Origin: Pseudomonadota bacterium
GTDB taxonomy: Bacteria; Desulfobacterota; Binatia; Binatales; Binataceae
Direction: 5' to 3'
Length of the DNA: 64,000 bases
NCBI GenBank assembly: GCA_021324885.1
Contig: JAJPIF010000025.1
Coordinates: 46,713 to 110,712, forward strand
Part shown: positions 1 through 9,722 of the stretch, in pieces
Layout of the letters: every line of letters starts with the position of its first letter
Position numbering within the stretch: position 1 is the stretch's first letter
Notes under the pieces: generated by a model
The model's input: only the letters and a program-made list of their open reading frames with translations
What the model was told of the DNA's origin: nothing
The model's database searches: none
Position numbers and translations under genes: made by a program

Positions 1-495
1 GGTATCCGAATAATAAAGGATGCGGCCGTCAGGACTGAAACAAGGACCGTTGAAACATCCCACCCCGTCGCCCAGTTTCGTGCAATGGGAATCCGGGTTG
101 AGGCGGAAAAATCTGCCGACCTTTTCGCCCTTGAGGTTGATTTCGCCGACCACGAAGCGGCCGTGCGAATCGACTTTGCCGTCGTTGAAGCGGGTGTGGG
201 GAAGCTTGCCTTCCGGATAGCCGATCAGCGTCAGTTGGCCGGTTCCGAAATCAAACCATTCCAAACCGTGATTGGTGGCCAGGACCGCGCCGCCCTCCTT
301 GCGCAGGGCGAAAGATCCGATATGGCGGGGCGGATTGACCGTCCAGGAGCGAAGGTTGCCGGTGGCAGGATTGAGCCGGAAAATCTCGCCCTTTTCCGCG
401 TCAATCCGGTAAAGGGCATTTTCGGCGCAATCCCACAGCGGCCCTTCCCCGATTTGATCATGCGTACTGCCAACACGTTGGATTGTGACGCTCAT
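1..495 (-). CDS. SMP-30/gluconolactonase/LRE family protein (partial; C-terminal part runs off the window start)
   Basis: Minus-strand frame open from ATG at 495..493 to base 1 (165 codons). Hand translation MSVTIQRVGSTHDQIGEGPLWD ... RKEGGAVLATNHGLEWFDFGT ... GCFNGPCFSPDGRILYYSDT carries the signature regucalcin/gluconolactonase C-terminal motif. Absent from ORF track because no stop lies inside the window. The plus-strand ORF 85..618 is its antisense shadow. Confidence 0.75.
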   Translation of the reverse strand, partial: MSVTIQRVGSTHDQIGEGPLWDCAENALYRIDAEKGEIFRLNPATGNLRSWTVNPPRHIGSFALRKEGGAVLATNHGLEWFDFGTGQLTLIGYPEGKLPHTRFNDGKVDSHGRFVVGEINLKGEKVGRFFRLNPDSHCTKLGDGVGCFNGPCFSPDGRILYYSDT

Positions 496-691
496 GATCG
501 GACTCCGATTTACGAATGCTTCCAAGCAGCTGTAGCCTGCCGATGCAGTCCGCGTCAATTGAAAAGACGCCGCCGCCCGCTGTTTGACATGACCATGAAC
601 CTGCGCCACAAGGACTGACGGGCGCGTCCCTTCGCCTTCCAAGACCGGGAAAAACCGCGCCCCGCAACGAGCACGACAAGCAGGTGATTAG

Positions 692-1156
692 ATGGATAGC
701 GACAAGCTGCGTGAACTACAGGACCGCATCGAGATTACGGAGGTGGTTTACCGCTACGCCACGGGCGTTGACAGCAAGGATTGGACGCTGTTCGGGAGCT
801 GCTTTACCGATCCGATGGAAGCCGATATGACCGCCACTCTGCTCGCCACACCCGCCCCACAGCAGTTCCCACTCGAGCGCTGGCGCCGGGTGACGGAGCG
901 TACCCTAAGCCCATGGAATCGGACGCAACATTACATGTCCAACGTGACCATCAAATACCAGGGTGAGCGGGCTGAGTGCCAAGCTTACCTTTACGCCCGC
1001 CATTACCGTCCCGACGATCCCGAAGGCAAGGACCCCTACGTTATGGGCGGGTTTTATGTCTTCAAGTTCGTGCGCACGCCGCAGGGATGGAAGATTAACA
1101 GCTACAAACTCAATCCGTTATGGGACGAGGGAATTGCGCCGGCGCGCAGGCGCTGA
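692..1156 (+). CDS. SnoaL-like / nuclear transport factor 2 family protein
   Basis: 154 aa; sequence pattern (DRIEITEVVYRYATGVD ... W ... GGFYVFKFVRTPQGWKINSYKLNPL) typical of NTF2-like small cone-fold proteins. Confidence 0.6.
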   Translation: MDSDKLRELQDRIEITEVVYRYATGVDSKDWTLFGSCFTDPMEADMTATLLATPAPQQFPLERWRRVTERTLSPWNRTQHYMSNVTIKYQGERAECQAYLYARHYRPDDPEGKDPYVMGGFYVFKFVRTPQGWKINSYKLNPLWDEGIAPARRR

Positions 1157-1177
1157 ACGCGACCGTAGGATTGCAAC

Positions 1178-1867
1178 CTAGCGGAAGGCCACCAAGTTGA
1201 CCTGCCGCTGCCGGTTCTGATCATCGCGCTCCTTGTCCGGTCCCGTGGCTTCGGGCCGCAACAGGCCATGCAGATAGAGCTTGTGCAGTTCCATGAAGGC
1301 CTGCGAAAGGCTGAGCCCGGTGCGGGCGAGGAAACTGGGTTGCACAATTCTGTCCGCCCCGCAGATCAACACTTCCGCCGTCAGGCGCGGATGGACGACC
1401 TGGAAGGAACCTTCTTCGGCGCCCGCCGAGATGATCTCTGCGATTATCGCCGCCATCCGGTCCTCATGCTCCCGGCGGCGGCGCTGGCCGCGCGGGAACT
1501 CGTTGAGGTCCTCGGCGAAGCGCACGCTGACCTTGCTTGCCGCGTGCTTGATCGCGTCGAGGCATCCGGTAAGCGCGGCAACGCGGTCCGGCGCCTGCGC
1601 AACGGCCTGCTGCGCCTGGTTGCGGATGCTGGACAAAAAGCGCTCCAGGATTACCTCGAACAGCTCGTCGCGGCTTTGCGCCAGCGTATAGAGTGTCTGC
1701 TTGGAGCAATGGAGGCGGTGGGCCAGTTCTTCGGTATGGATATGGAGGAAGCCCTCTTTGAAGAACAGCGTCTCCAGCTCCTCGACGATACGTTGAAGCC
1801 GCGGCGATTTCGCCAGCAGTTCCGCCCGATCCTTTCGACTCCGCCTGACGACAGCCCTCGTAGCCAT
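1178..1867 (-). CDS. TetR/AcrR family transcriptional regulator
   Basis: 229 aa; N-terminal HTH region (RIVEELETLFFKEGFLHIHTEELAHRLHCSKQTLYTLAQSRDELF) matches TetR_N; divergent from the SnoaL-like gene. Confidence 0.75.
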   Translation of the reverse strand: MATRAVVRRSRKDRAELLAKSPRLQRIVEELETLFFKEGFLHIHTEELAHRLHCSKQTLYTLAQSRDELFEVILERFLSSIRNQAQQAVAQAPDRVAALTGCLDAIKHAASKVSVRFAEDLNEFPRGQRRRREHEDRMAAIIAEIISAGAEEGSFQVVHPRLTAEVLICGADRIVQPSFLARTGLSLSQAFMELHKLYLHGLLRPEATGPDKERDDQNRQRQVNLVAFR

Positions 1868-2128
1868 AGAACCTCAACTTACTCCGAATTGACACATCCT
1901 TGAAAGCCGCACAAGCCAAAAAGGAGCGCGCCCCCCTCCTTCCAGCCCGCCCGTCGCAAAGCGAGCGCATCGAGAATGGCGAATTCCTGTTGCCGCAACC
2001 CAATCCGCCGAAGACCGGCGTTTGTTCACCTCGGCGCCGACAAAACAACGCCGGCCTCGTTATGTTGTCAGAGGGAGGCCAGGTAACAAGCCGCAGCAGG
2101 CGGCTGCGCGCGTCGGTGTTGGACCGGG

Positions 2129-4156
2129 CTAATCGCCGCGCAGCTCGCGCTCCAAGGCTCGGAGCCCCGCCGACCGGCCCGCCGCGATTACCAGGTCGCC
2201 AGCGTGCAGCTTTTCATCGGGGGCGAGCAATTCGAATCCGCCGCCTGGTTGCGCGCCCTTTTGCACTGCCAGGATGCTGACACCGAAACGCGCTCGCGTG
2301 TCCAGCTCGCGCAAGGTCTTGCCCTCGGCGCCGGCCGGCAGCCGAATCCGCGCGACCCGGTATCCGGTGGACCAGTAGATTTGCGTATCGTGCTGGCTGG
2401 GCAAGGTCACGGAACCGGTCGCGCGCGTCAGTGCCTGCGCGATGTCGCGGCGGCAGATCAGGCCCACATACCGGGCCGACTTGTCCGAACTGATTACCGG
2501 CAGCTCTTCGGTGAGTTCATCCTCCATTAGATGCAAAGCGTCTTCAAGCGAAGATTCGGGAGTAACTGTCGGAAAATCGGCGCGGCTGACGTCGGCGGCA
2601 TTAACCAGCCCGTTAAGGTCGCTGACGTGCAGCAGCAACCCCACCAGGTTACGCGGTTCGATGACGCCAATCATACGGCGCTGGGGTCCGAGGACCGGGA
2701 TGATATCCTGGGCGGAGCGATCCGCGACCCTGAAGATTTCCTCCAGGCGCGCGTCCGCATCCAGCGTGGTCGCGTCGGTCTTCATAACCTCGCGTACGCT
2801 CATGCGGGAAAGCGCCACCTTATCCTTATCTATTTCGAGATTGATGCCGCGGCGCGCCAGCAGATAAGTATCGATCGATTCGGGCTCGATGCTGCGGGCA
2901 ACCACCAGTGCGACGATCGAACTGATCAGGGCCGCCAGGGTCGCGTCATAGCTGCCAGTCATCTCGGTCAGCAGAAAGATTGCGGTGAGCGGCGCATGAG
3001 TGGTGGCCGCCAGAAACGCGCCCAGACCCACCAATGAGTACGAGCCGCGGACCGCGACAATCCCCGGCATTACGTGCGCCAGGATTGGACGTATCGCGCC
3101 GCCGCCCATCGCGCCGATAAAAAAGATCGGTCCGAAGATTCCGCCCGGCATTCCGCAACCCAGCGAGATGCTCGAAGCGACGAATTTGGCCGCGAACAGC
3201 AGCCCCATTCTCAACCCAGAGAGATGGCCGTTGAGGGCCTGATCGATCACCGGATAACCGTCGGCCAGATTTCGCCGCAGCGGCACCGCAATCAGGCCAA
3301 CCGCCACCATGCCGACCAGCACCCGCGCCCAGCGCGGTAACGCGAGTTCCTCGAAAAAGGCCGCCGTTGCATTGAAGAAGCGGATATAAAAGGCAGCGAC
3401 GATGCCGAACAGCACGCCGGAGATCGTGTAGGTCAAAATCTCCCAGTAACTTCTTAGAACAAACGATTGCGCCGGCAAGACCGCAAGATTGCCCAACATC
3501 GCCCGCGACGTCACGACGCCCACCGAAGCGGAAATCACCAGCAGTGACAAATTGCCTAACTCGGTCTGGCCCAGCAGCACGATCTCCTGAGCAAACAGCA
3601 GACCGCCAAGCGGGGCGTTGAAGGTGGTAGCGATTCCGGCACCTGCGCCGCACGCGATCATCACCTTGGAGCGTTCGCTGGACAGATGCGTTAACTGCGA
3701 CAAGGCCGAACCGATCGCGCCGCCGATTTGTGCGATGGGACCTTCGCGGCCGACCGAAGCGCCCGCGCCGAGCGACACCGCCGGCCCCACAGACTTGGTA
3801 AGGATCCACAAGGGCTTTATCCGGGCTTCGCCCAGATGGATCATTTCCAGGAACTTGGGAAAGCCATAACCGAGTATTTCACCTCTAAAGATGATATCCA
3901 GAACTATACCCAGCAGACCGCCGCTGACCAGGACCACCACAATCAGCATCGAGTACGGCATTCCGCGGGGGATACGCAGCGCGTTGCCTTCGAGCACCTG
4001 AAAGATGTAGGTGAAAAAGTGGATAAGTTCGCGCAACATCAGGTTCCCCAAGGCGGAGAGAAACCCGATCAGGCTCGCAATCAGGATCAACCAGAGGTAC
4101 TCCGCCTGGCTGCGGCTCATCGAAACGGGCCGCCAGCGGATCAGCTCCTTCAGCAT
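2129..4156 (-). CDS. ClC-family voltage-gated chloride channel with C-terminal CBS pair and TrkA-C domain
   Basis: 675 aa polytopic membrane protein. Conserved ClC selectivity motifs (GREGP, GGLLFAQE-like, GxFxP region) followed by CBS-like and TrkA_C-like soluble domains. Confidence 0.8.
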   Translation of the reverse strand: MLKELIRWRPVSMSRSQAEYLWLILIASLIGFLSALGNLMLRELIHFFTYIFQVLEGNALRIPRGMPYSMLIVVVLVSGGLLGIVLDIIFRGEILGYGFPKFLEMIHLGEARIKPLWILTKSVGPAVSLGAGASVGREGPIAQIGGAIGSALSQLTHLSSERSKVMIACGAGAGIATTFNAPLGGLLFAQEIVLLGQTELGNLSLLVISASVGVVTSRAMLGNLAVLPAQSFVLRSYWEILTYTISGVLFGIVAAFYIRFFNATAAFFEELALPRWARVLVGMVAVGLIAVPLRRNLADGYPVIDQALNGHLSGLRMGLLFAAKFVASSISLGCGMPGGIFGPIFFIGAMGGGAIRPILAHVMPGIVAVRGSYSLVGLGAFLAATTHAPLTAIFLLTEMTGSYDATLAALISSIVALVVARSIEPESIDTYLLARRGINLEIDKDKVALSRMSVREVMKTDATTLDADARLEEIFRVADRSAQDIIPVLGPQRRMIGVIEPRNLVGLLLHVSDLNGLVNAADVSRADFPTVTPESSLEDALHLMEDELTEELPVISSDKSARYVGLICRRDIAQALTRATGSVTLPSQHDTQIYWSTGYRVARIRLPAGAEGKTLRELDTRARFGVSILAVQKGAQPGGGFELLAPDEKLHAGDLVIAAGRSAGLRALERELRGD

Positions 4157-4208
4157 TCGTCAGTCACAGCTTTCATCTTATCCAAGGAAGCCGACCCCCG
4201 ACCCGGCG

Positions 4209-5549
4209 CTACGCATGGTGTTGCAGATTTTGCCAGGTCGAGTCAAAAGCTCGGCGCAGCGTAGTGGCGATCAACTCCACTTCAGCATCGCTAATCACAA
4301 AGGGCGGTGCGATCATAATCGCGTCGCCGCCCCGCTCTCCGGCCATCCCGGAGGCCGGGTAAAGCACCACTCCCAGCTCCATCGCATGACGCAGTAGCGT
4401 GCGTGCGGCATGCAGGTTTGCGGGAAAGGGGGTGCGCCGGCCCCGGTCGGCGACCAGTTCGATTCCCCAAAACAGCCCCGCCCCACGGATCTCACCGGTC
4501 ATCGGGTGTTGGCCAATTGCGTCTTCGAGGCAGGCCCCCAGACGCGCCCCGAGCTCCGCCGCGTGCTCCACCATTTTTTCACGCTCGATGATTTCCAGCA
4601 CCCGATCGGCAATCGCGCAGGCCAGCGGATGGGCGCTGTAGGTGAAAAACATGAAATCAGCGCCGGCCTCTTCGCATTCCTGTACCATCCGATTGTTGAC
4701 CGCAATCATTCCCATCGGCACGTATCCGCCGGTCAGCCCTTTGCCGCCAACCAAAATGTCCGGTGTAACTCCCCAATGTTCGACCGCGAACCGTTTACCC
4801 GTACGGCCAAACCCGGTCATCACTTCGTCGGCGATCAGGACGATATCGTGGCGGCGGCAGATTTTAGCGATTCGCGGCCAGTATTCCGAGACCGGAGCGA
4901 TTACGCCGCCGCTGGCTCCAACCATCGGCTCGGCGATGAACGCCGCGATTCGATCGGCCCCGTGCTGCGCGATAGCTTCTTCAAGCGCCTGCGCGCATTC
5001 CAGATCGCATCCAGGGTAGCGGCGCGCCCACGGGCAGCGGTAACAATAGGATGGCGGTATTTTGGGCCAGTCGAACAGGACGTGCTCGAAATCGGCGCGC
5101 CGCGTGCGATTTCCACTGGCGGACAACGCTCCCAAGGTGTTGCCATGGTAGGAAAGTTCGCGCGAGATGACACGCGTCCTGGCTGCGCGGCCGCGCACTC
5201 GATGGTACAGAAGAGCAAATTTGATTGCGGATTCGACGGCTTCCGAACCGCCGCTGGTGAAAAAAAACCGGTCCAGGCCCGACGGCGTCCACTGCACCAG
5301 GCGCTGCACCAGGCGCTGGCGCGCGGGCGAGACCCATACCGGCAGCAGATAATCCAGCTCCATTATCTGGTCGCGCGCCAGATCGGCCAATTCCCTCCTT
5401 CCCTGGCCAACGTTGACCACGATTGCGCCGCTGCAGGCATCGAGCAGCTTGCGTCCCTCGCTGGTGTAAAGCCAGGCGCCTTCGGCCCGCGCCACCTGTA
5501 GGGGCTCGCCATACGGACCGCGAAGAAAAAGAGCTTTCCGGTGGTCCAT
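4209..5549 (-). CDS. class III (omega/acetylornithine-type) pyridoxal-phosphate aminotransferase
   Basis: 446 aa; aspartate-aminotransferase-fold class III pattern (GSEAVESAIKFAL, DEVMTGFGRTG, LVGGKGLTGGY). Confidence 0.8.
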   Translation of the reverse strand: MDHRKALFLRGPYGEPLQVARAEGAWLYTSEGRKLLDACSGAIVVNVGQGRRELADLARDQIMELDYLLPVWVSPARQRLVQRLVQWTPSGLDRFFFTSGGSEAVESAIKFALLYHRVRGRAARTRVISRELSYHGNTLGALSASGNRTRRADFEHVLFDWPKIPPSYCYRCPWARRYPGCDLECAQALEEAIAQHGADRIAAFIAEPMVGASGGVIAPVSEYWPRIAKICRRHDIVLIADEVMTGFGRTGKRFAVEHWGVTPDILVGGKGLTGGYVPMGMIAVNNRMVQECEEAGADFMFFTYSAHPLACAIADRVLEIIEREKMVEHAAELGARLGACLEDAIGQHPMTGEIRGAGLFWGIELVADRGRRTPFPANLHAARTLLRHAMELGVVLYPASGMAGERGGDAIMIAPPFVISDAEVELIATTLRRAFDSTWQNLQHHA

Positions 5550-5746
5550 GGCGGCTATGTTACTGGCGCACGGACGCCTTGGGAATTGAGCGCGCCATTT
5601 CCGTGGAGATAATGTGAATTGCTCCGAAAAAAAAATCGTGCCTTGCGCAAACCACTGTGTTAGCCTCTAATCGAGTGAAGGATACAGGTACGAATAAGTC
5701 ACGGAAATATCGCCGCAACGGCAGCAATGAGATCCTGACCACCAGG

Positions 5747-5899
5747 ATGGTTGCTGATTACCTCCACTGCCACTTGAGCACCGTCTACAGGCTTGTCAAG
5801 CAAGGCAAGATTCCGCACTTCAAGCTGGGTGGCGATTTGCGCTTCGAAAAGGCAGCCATTGACGAGTGGATTGAAAAGGGCGGCGGCGCGCAGGATTAG
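5747..5899 (+). CDS. small helix-turn-helix DNA-binding protein (excisionase/MerR-like HTH_17 type)
   Basis: ORF 5657..5899; conserved core MVADYLHCHLSTVYRLVKQGKIPHFKLGGDLRFEKAAIDEWIEK starts at the internal Met (5747). Pattern typical of excisionase-family HTH domains. Confidence 0.55.
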   Translation: MVADYLHCHLSTVYRLVKQGKIPHFKLGGDLRFEKAAIDEWIEKGGGAQD

Positions 5900-6187
5900 A
5901 GTCTTTTGCTAACCGCCCTCGATTTCGCTTGCTCGCCGGCGAAAGGGCATCGCGAACTGGCGCAACCGCTTGATTGCGCCAGAGGGAGATCTTCTGTCAC
6001 CAGACTCTGGCCGGCATTCATCGTGCGATCGCGCCGGTTCTTCGCGTGAACCAAAGCCGTTTTTGCAAGACTTTTGAGCGCAGTCCCGGCCGCAATTGAG
6101 GCTTGTGCGCCATCAGATTTGCGCCAGGCTGCGCAATCAGCCACAGGAGCGTGACGCGAGGCCTCCTTACCGCAGGTCGAGACTAAA

Positions 6188-6967
6188 TCAGAAATCAAGC
6201 GGAAGTTGCAGATACTGGCGGTAGATAAAATCCCGATGCTCCAGCAGCTCGGGTCTGACCGCCTCCACCACGCGCGGATCATTCGCCGTATAGGTAGTGC
6301 GCAGCCATCGCGGCATGTCGCAAAGCTCCGGTGGCAGCGGCTGGATCATCGCCGCGGAAGCCGCCCAGTAAATATCAAGCGCGGACAATTCGTTTCCGAT
6401 CAGAAAGTGGCTGCCGTCCTGCCGCTGACGTTGCAGCCGCTCGCCAAACATCAGTATGATCCGCGAGGCGCGCAGCGAGGCGCGCTCCGCCTCGCCGGGC
6501 ACGCCATGCTGATACTTGGCGGCCAGAAAATCGACCATCGCGCGCGCCTTTTCATTGAGCTTCAAATTGGTCTGTCCGCGACGGATCGCGAGCACGCGCA
6601 GGCTCCATACCAACCCTGTCTCGCCCATCAATTCGTTGGCCATCCCGAACATCAGCGCCCGCTCCTCGATATCAGGCGGAAGCAACTGCGGCAGCGGCGC
6701 GATACGCTCGGCGAGATAAAGCTGATCGTTCCATACCGTGCGCGGGCGCTCGTCGTTCCAGGCCATCACGGGTGACGAAGTCTGCGCGGTCCATTGCTGC
6801 AACTCCAGACTGGGCGTCCCCACTTCATGCAACGCGCGGACATAGGGAATCTTCTTAACGTGTAGGATACCCTTAAGCGATTCAGCCCAGGGACCGGGCG
6901 CAGGCGGCAACACCACGCGCAAACCGGACATCTCGCGCGCCTGCGCAATACTGACATATTCCGCCAT
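6188..6967 (-). CDS. glutathione S-transferase family protein (GST-like, thioredoxin-fold N-domain)
   Basis: ORF 6188..7087 would abut the tRNA. Internal starts at 6994 or 6967 are more likely. N-terminal GST_N-like pattern (LRVVLPPAPGPWAESLKGILHVKKIPY ... VMAWNDERPRTVWNDQLYLAERIAP). Family assignment by motif only. Confidence 0.45.
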   Translation of the reverse strand: MAEYVSIAQAREMSGLRVVLPPAPGPWAESLKGILHVKKIPYVRALHEVGTPSLELQQWTAQTSSPVMAWNDERPRTVWNDQLYLAERIAPLPQLLPPDIEERALMFGMANELMGETGLVWSLRVLAIRRGQTNLKLNEKARAMVDFLAAKYQHGVPGEAERASLRASRIILMFGERLQRQRQDGSHFLIGNELSALDIYWAASAAMIQPLPPELCDMPRWLRTTYTANDPRVVEAVRPELLEHRDFIYRQYLQLPLDF

Positions 6968-7090
6968 CAGCAGGCCTCCCGACTTTTCGAGCATCGCACG
7001 GTGAGAACTGTCGCACCAGAGCGCAGTCTGGGCAAGGATCTTGCCACAAGGCTCCTCATGCAATAAAAATAAGGGTTCCCAACGCACAGC

Positions 7091-7167
7091 GCGCCCTTAG
7101 CTCAGCGGATTAGAGCATCAGACTACGGATCTGAGGGTCGGGGGTTCAAATCCCTCAGGGCGCGCCA
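7091..7167 (+). tRNA. tRNA-Arg (anticodon ACG)
   Basis: 77-nt cloverleaf folded by hand: acceptor GCGCCCT/AGGGCGC, D-arm GCTC..GAGC, anticodon stem TCAGA/TCTGA with loop CTACGGA (anticodon ACG), variable loop GGGTC, T-arm GGGGG-TTCAAAT-CCCTC, discriminator G, encoded CCA. Confidence 0.9.
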
Positions 7168-7353
7168 ATCACTTCGCGCTGGCAGCCGCGACCCCGTTTC
7201 GTTCAAACAGGTCAAATCGCCTTGTCAACAATCAAAGGTCGGCCGAAAATGCCGCGACGATGCAGCTATTGCCAAAGTCCTCCGCTTTCCCTTAAGGGCA
7301 GCCCTTGGTGTACAAGGCTGGCAGAGCCCGCAACAATCAGTGAGGTTTATCGG

Positions 7354-8238
7354 ATGAAGATTGGATTGATTTCGATCGGGATTGGAGTCGGAACCACCGC
7401 CCAAGCAATTAAGACTGTCGCCGTCAACGCCGAGCGGCTGGGTTTTGCGACATTATGGGCCCCCGAGCATGTGGTTCTGATCGAGGGTTATAAATCACGC
7501 TATCCATACGCGGCCAGCGGTCAGGTCATGGGCCGGCTGGATTCGCCGCTGCTCGATCCATGGGTCGGGCTCGGCTATGCAGCGGCGTTCACGAAACAGG
7601 TTCGCCTGGCAACGGGCGTTTGCCTGGTGCCGGAGCACAATCCGTTGGCGCTGGCCAAGGCGATTGCGACGGTTGACCACTTGAGCGGCGGACGCGTCGC
7701 GGTAGGGATTGGGATCGGCTGGCTCGAGGAGGAATTTCGCGCGATGGGTATCGCGTGGGAACGGCGCGCCGAGCGCACACGGGATTATGTCGGCGCGATG
7801 CGCAGCTTGTGGGGCGAGGACGTGAGCGAATTCCGCAGCGAGTTCGTCAGCTTCAGCAATGTGCGCAGTTTTCCCAAGCCGGTTGCGCGCGGCAGGCTGC
7901 CAATCATAGTCGGCGGCAACACCATCCCGGCTCTAAGGCGTGTGGCTGAATATGGCGACGGCTGGTTCGGTCTCAACCTCAGCCCGGAACAGACTGCGGA
8001 GAAGCTGGGCAAACTGCGCGATTTACTCGCCGCCCGCAAGCGGCGGCTCGAAGATCTGGAAATCATTATCGGACCGTCCAGCCATCAGCCAACCGCCGAT
8101 GACTTCCGCAAATTCCGCGACCTCGGCGTAAAAGAGCTGGTCCTGCCGCCCTTCGGCCCGCGCGCCGAGGCCGATATTATCAAGCGGCTGGAGGAAATCG
8201 CGCGCCGATGGGTCGAACCGGCAGCCGCAGCGGATTGA
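7354..8238 (+). CDS. LLM-class (luciferase-like) F420-dependent oxidoreductase
   Basis: Start at internal ATG 7354 (MKIGLISIGIG...). Bacterial luciferase-like TIM-barrel pattern (FATLWAPEHVVL, LATGVCLVPEHNPLALAKAIATVDHLSGGRVAVGIGIGW). Confidence 0.7.
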   Translation: MKIGLISIGIGVGTTAQAIKTVAVNAERLGFATLWAPEHVVLIEGYKSRYPYAASGQVMGRLDSPLLDPWVGLGYAAAFTKQVRLATGVCLVPEHNPLALAKAIATVDHLSGGRVAVGIGIGWLEEEFRAMGIAWERRAERTRDYVGAMRSLWGEDVSEFRSEFVSFSNVRSFPKPVARGRLPIIVGGNTIPALRRVAEYGDGWFGLNLSPEQTAEKLGKLRDLLAARKRRLEDLEIIIGPSSHQPTADDFRKFRDLGVKELVLPPFGPRAEADIIKRLEEIARRWVEPAAAAD

Positions 8239-8305
8239 GCGTTTGCGTTGACATTTCGAGGGACTCGGATGATACAAAGATCCAGGGACGCAGTCGGAGG
8301 AAGTC

Positions 8306-9571
8306 ATGGCACGCATATTCTTCAGGGACGCAAACCTGATTGACGGAATCAATCCGCCAAAGCCCGATAGCACCGTGGTAGTCGAAAACGAGCGGATCAC
8401 CGCGGTCGGCGCGAATGCAAGCGCGCCGCAACCCGCCGCGCGCGACATTGTATTCGAACTCGGCGGCAGGAGCCTCATGCCGGGGATGAACCAGTGTCAT
8501 TTCCATGCCGGCTACATCAACATCAACTCCCTGATGGATATCGAACTCAAGTTTCCGCCGACCTACCTGGCTTTGGCCGCGGCCAAGAATGCGGAATTGC
8601 TCTTGAGGTCGGGCTTCACGGGCGCGGTCGGCGCGGGCTCGCCCCACAACGTCGATGTCGCGCTGAAGGACGCAATCCGCGACGGCCTGATCCAGGGCCC
8701 GCGCCTGGTCGCCTGCGGACATGACATCGTCACGACCGGCGGCCCGATCGACGTCAATCCCGATTTCTGGAAACTCGGGGCCGAGGGGCTGTGCCATGTG
8801 TGTGACGGCCCTGACGAATTTCGCAAGGCGATCCGCCAGGAAATCAAGCAGGGCGCGGATATCATCAAACTGTACGTCACCGGCGGGCATGGTTTTGAGA
8901 TGCGCGCCGACGAAGTACCGATGACGTTCGAGGAAATCCAGGCCGCGGCGCAGGCGGCCCACGAGCGCGGAAGGATGGTGCGCGGACACGTGGTCTCGAG
9001 GCCCGCTATCCTCGATTGCCTGCGGGCCAAAATGGACCTGCTCGATCATGCCGACGCGATGGACGATGAATGTATCGACTTGATGGTCAAGCAGGGAACC
9101 TGGGTCACGCCCAGCCTGTACTTCAGCTGGAAGACGCTGGAATTCATGCGCAAACGCATGTCGCCGCAGCGTATCGCGCAGGAAGAGCGCTGGCTCGAGC
9201 AGGGATATCGCGCGGTGGAAAAGGCCAACAAGGCGGGCGTGAAGCTGATTATCGGCGACGACTTCGGCACATCATGGATGCCGCACGGCGATTACGCCGA
9301 CGAGTTGGAGTTTTACGTCAGATTCGCCGGCGCCTCGCCGCTCGACGTCATCCGCTGGGCCACATACAACGGTGCGGGCCTGTTCAATTTGCCGGATCGC
9401 ACCTGCACGATCCAGGAAGGCAGGATCGCGGACCTGCTGGTGGTCAACGGCGATCCGAGCCGCGATATCGGGGTGCTTCGCGATCGCAGCAAACTCGACG
9501 CGATAATGAAAGGCGGCCAGTTTATCGAGTCGCACCTGACGCCCGTGACGGCATCGGTAAAGGCCGCGTAA
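8306..9571 (+). CDS. metal-dependent amidohydrolase family protein
   Basis: 421 aa; amidohydrolase_1 pattern (LMPGMNQCHFHAGY metal-binding His pair, ... DHAD). Confidence 0.75.
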   Translation: MARIFFRDANLIDGINPPKPDSTVVVENERITAVGANASAPQPAARDIVFELGGRSLMPGMNQCHFHAGYININSLMDIELKFPPTYLALAAAKNAELLLRSGFTGAVGAGSPHNVDVALKDAIRDGLIQGPRLVACGHDIVTTGGPIDVNPDFWKLGAEGLCHVCDGPDEFRKAIRQEIKQGADIIKLYVTGGHGFEMRADEVPMTFEEIQAAAQAAHERGRMVRGHVVSRPAILDCLRAKMDLLDHADAMDDECIDLMVKQGTWVTPSLYFSWKTLEFMRKRMSPQRIAQEERWLEQGYRAVEKANKAGVKLIIGDDFGTSWMPHGDYADELEFYVRFAGASPLDVIRWATYNGAGLFNLPDRTCTIQEGRIADLLVVNGDPSRDIGVLRDRSKLDAIMKGGQFIESHLTPVTASVKAA

Positions 9572-9722
9572 AAACCGGCTCGGGCGGCTTCGCCGTACAA
9601 TGGGACGCGCGGCCCCCGGCGCGTCGTATGACGGAAGACTTCGGTCTTCATGTCTCCATCAGCAAGTGGCATCCGCCGATCGCGCCCGCTTCCAGGTGCT
9701 ATACTGATGCAGAGGTGAAGCT

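Noticed and set aside
85-618. Plus-strand ORF of 177 aa at the window start
   Set aside because: The opposite strand over 1..495 encodes a textbook SMP-30/gluconolactonase C-terminal motif set. The plus ORF is the typical open antisense frame of a high-GC gene.
2204-4264. Multiple long ORFs on both strands inside the ClC channel gene (e.g. 2946..3809 minus, 2531..3037 plus, 3728..4264 plus)
   Set aside because: Arg/Gly/Pro-rich low-complexity translations without motifs. They are fully nested in a strongly supported CDS, so they are high-GC frame artefacts.
4410-5501. 363-aa plus-strand ORF antisense to the aminotransferase
   Set aside because: Antisense shadow of a well-supported class III aminotransferase. 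The translation is Arg/Pro/Gly-rich with no domain signature.
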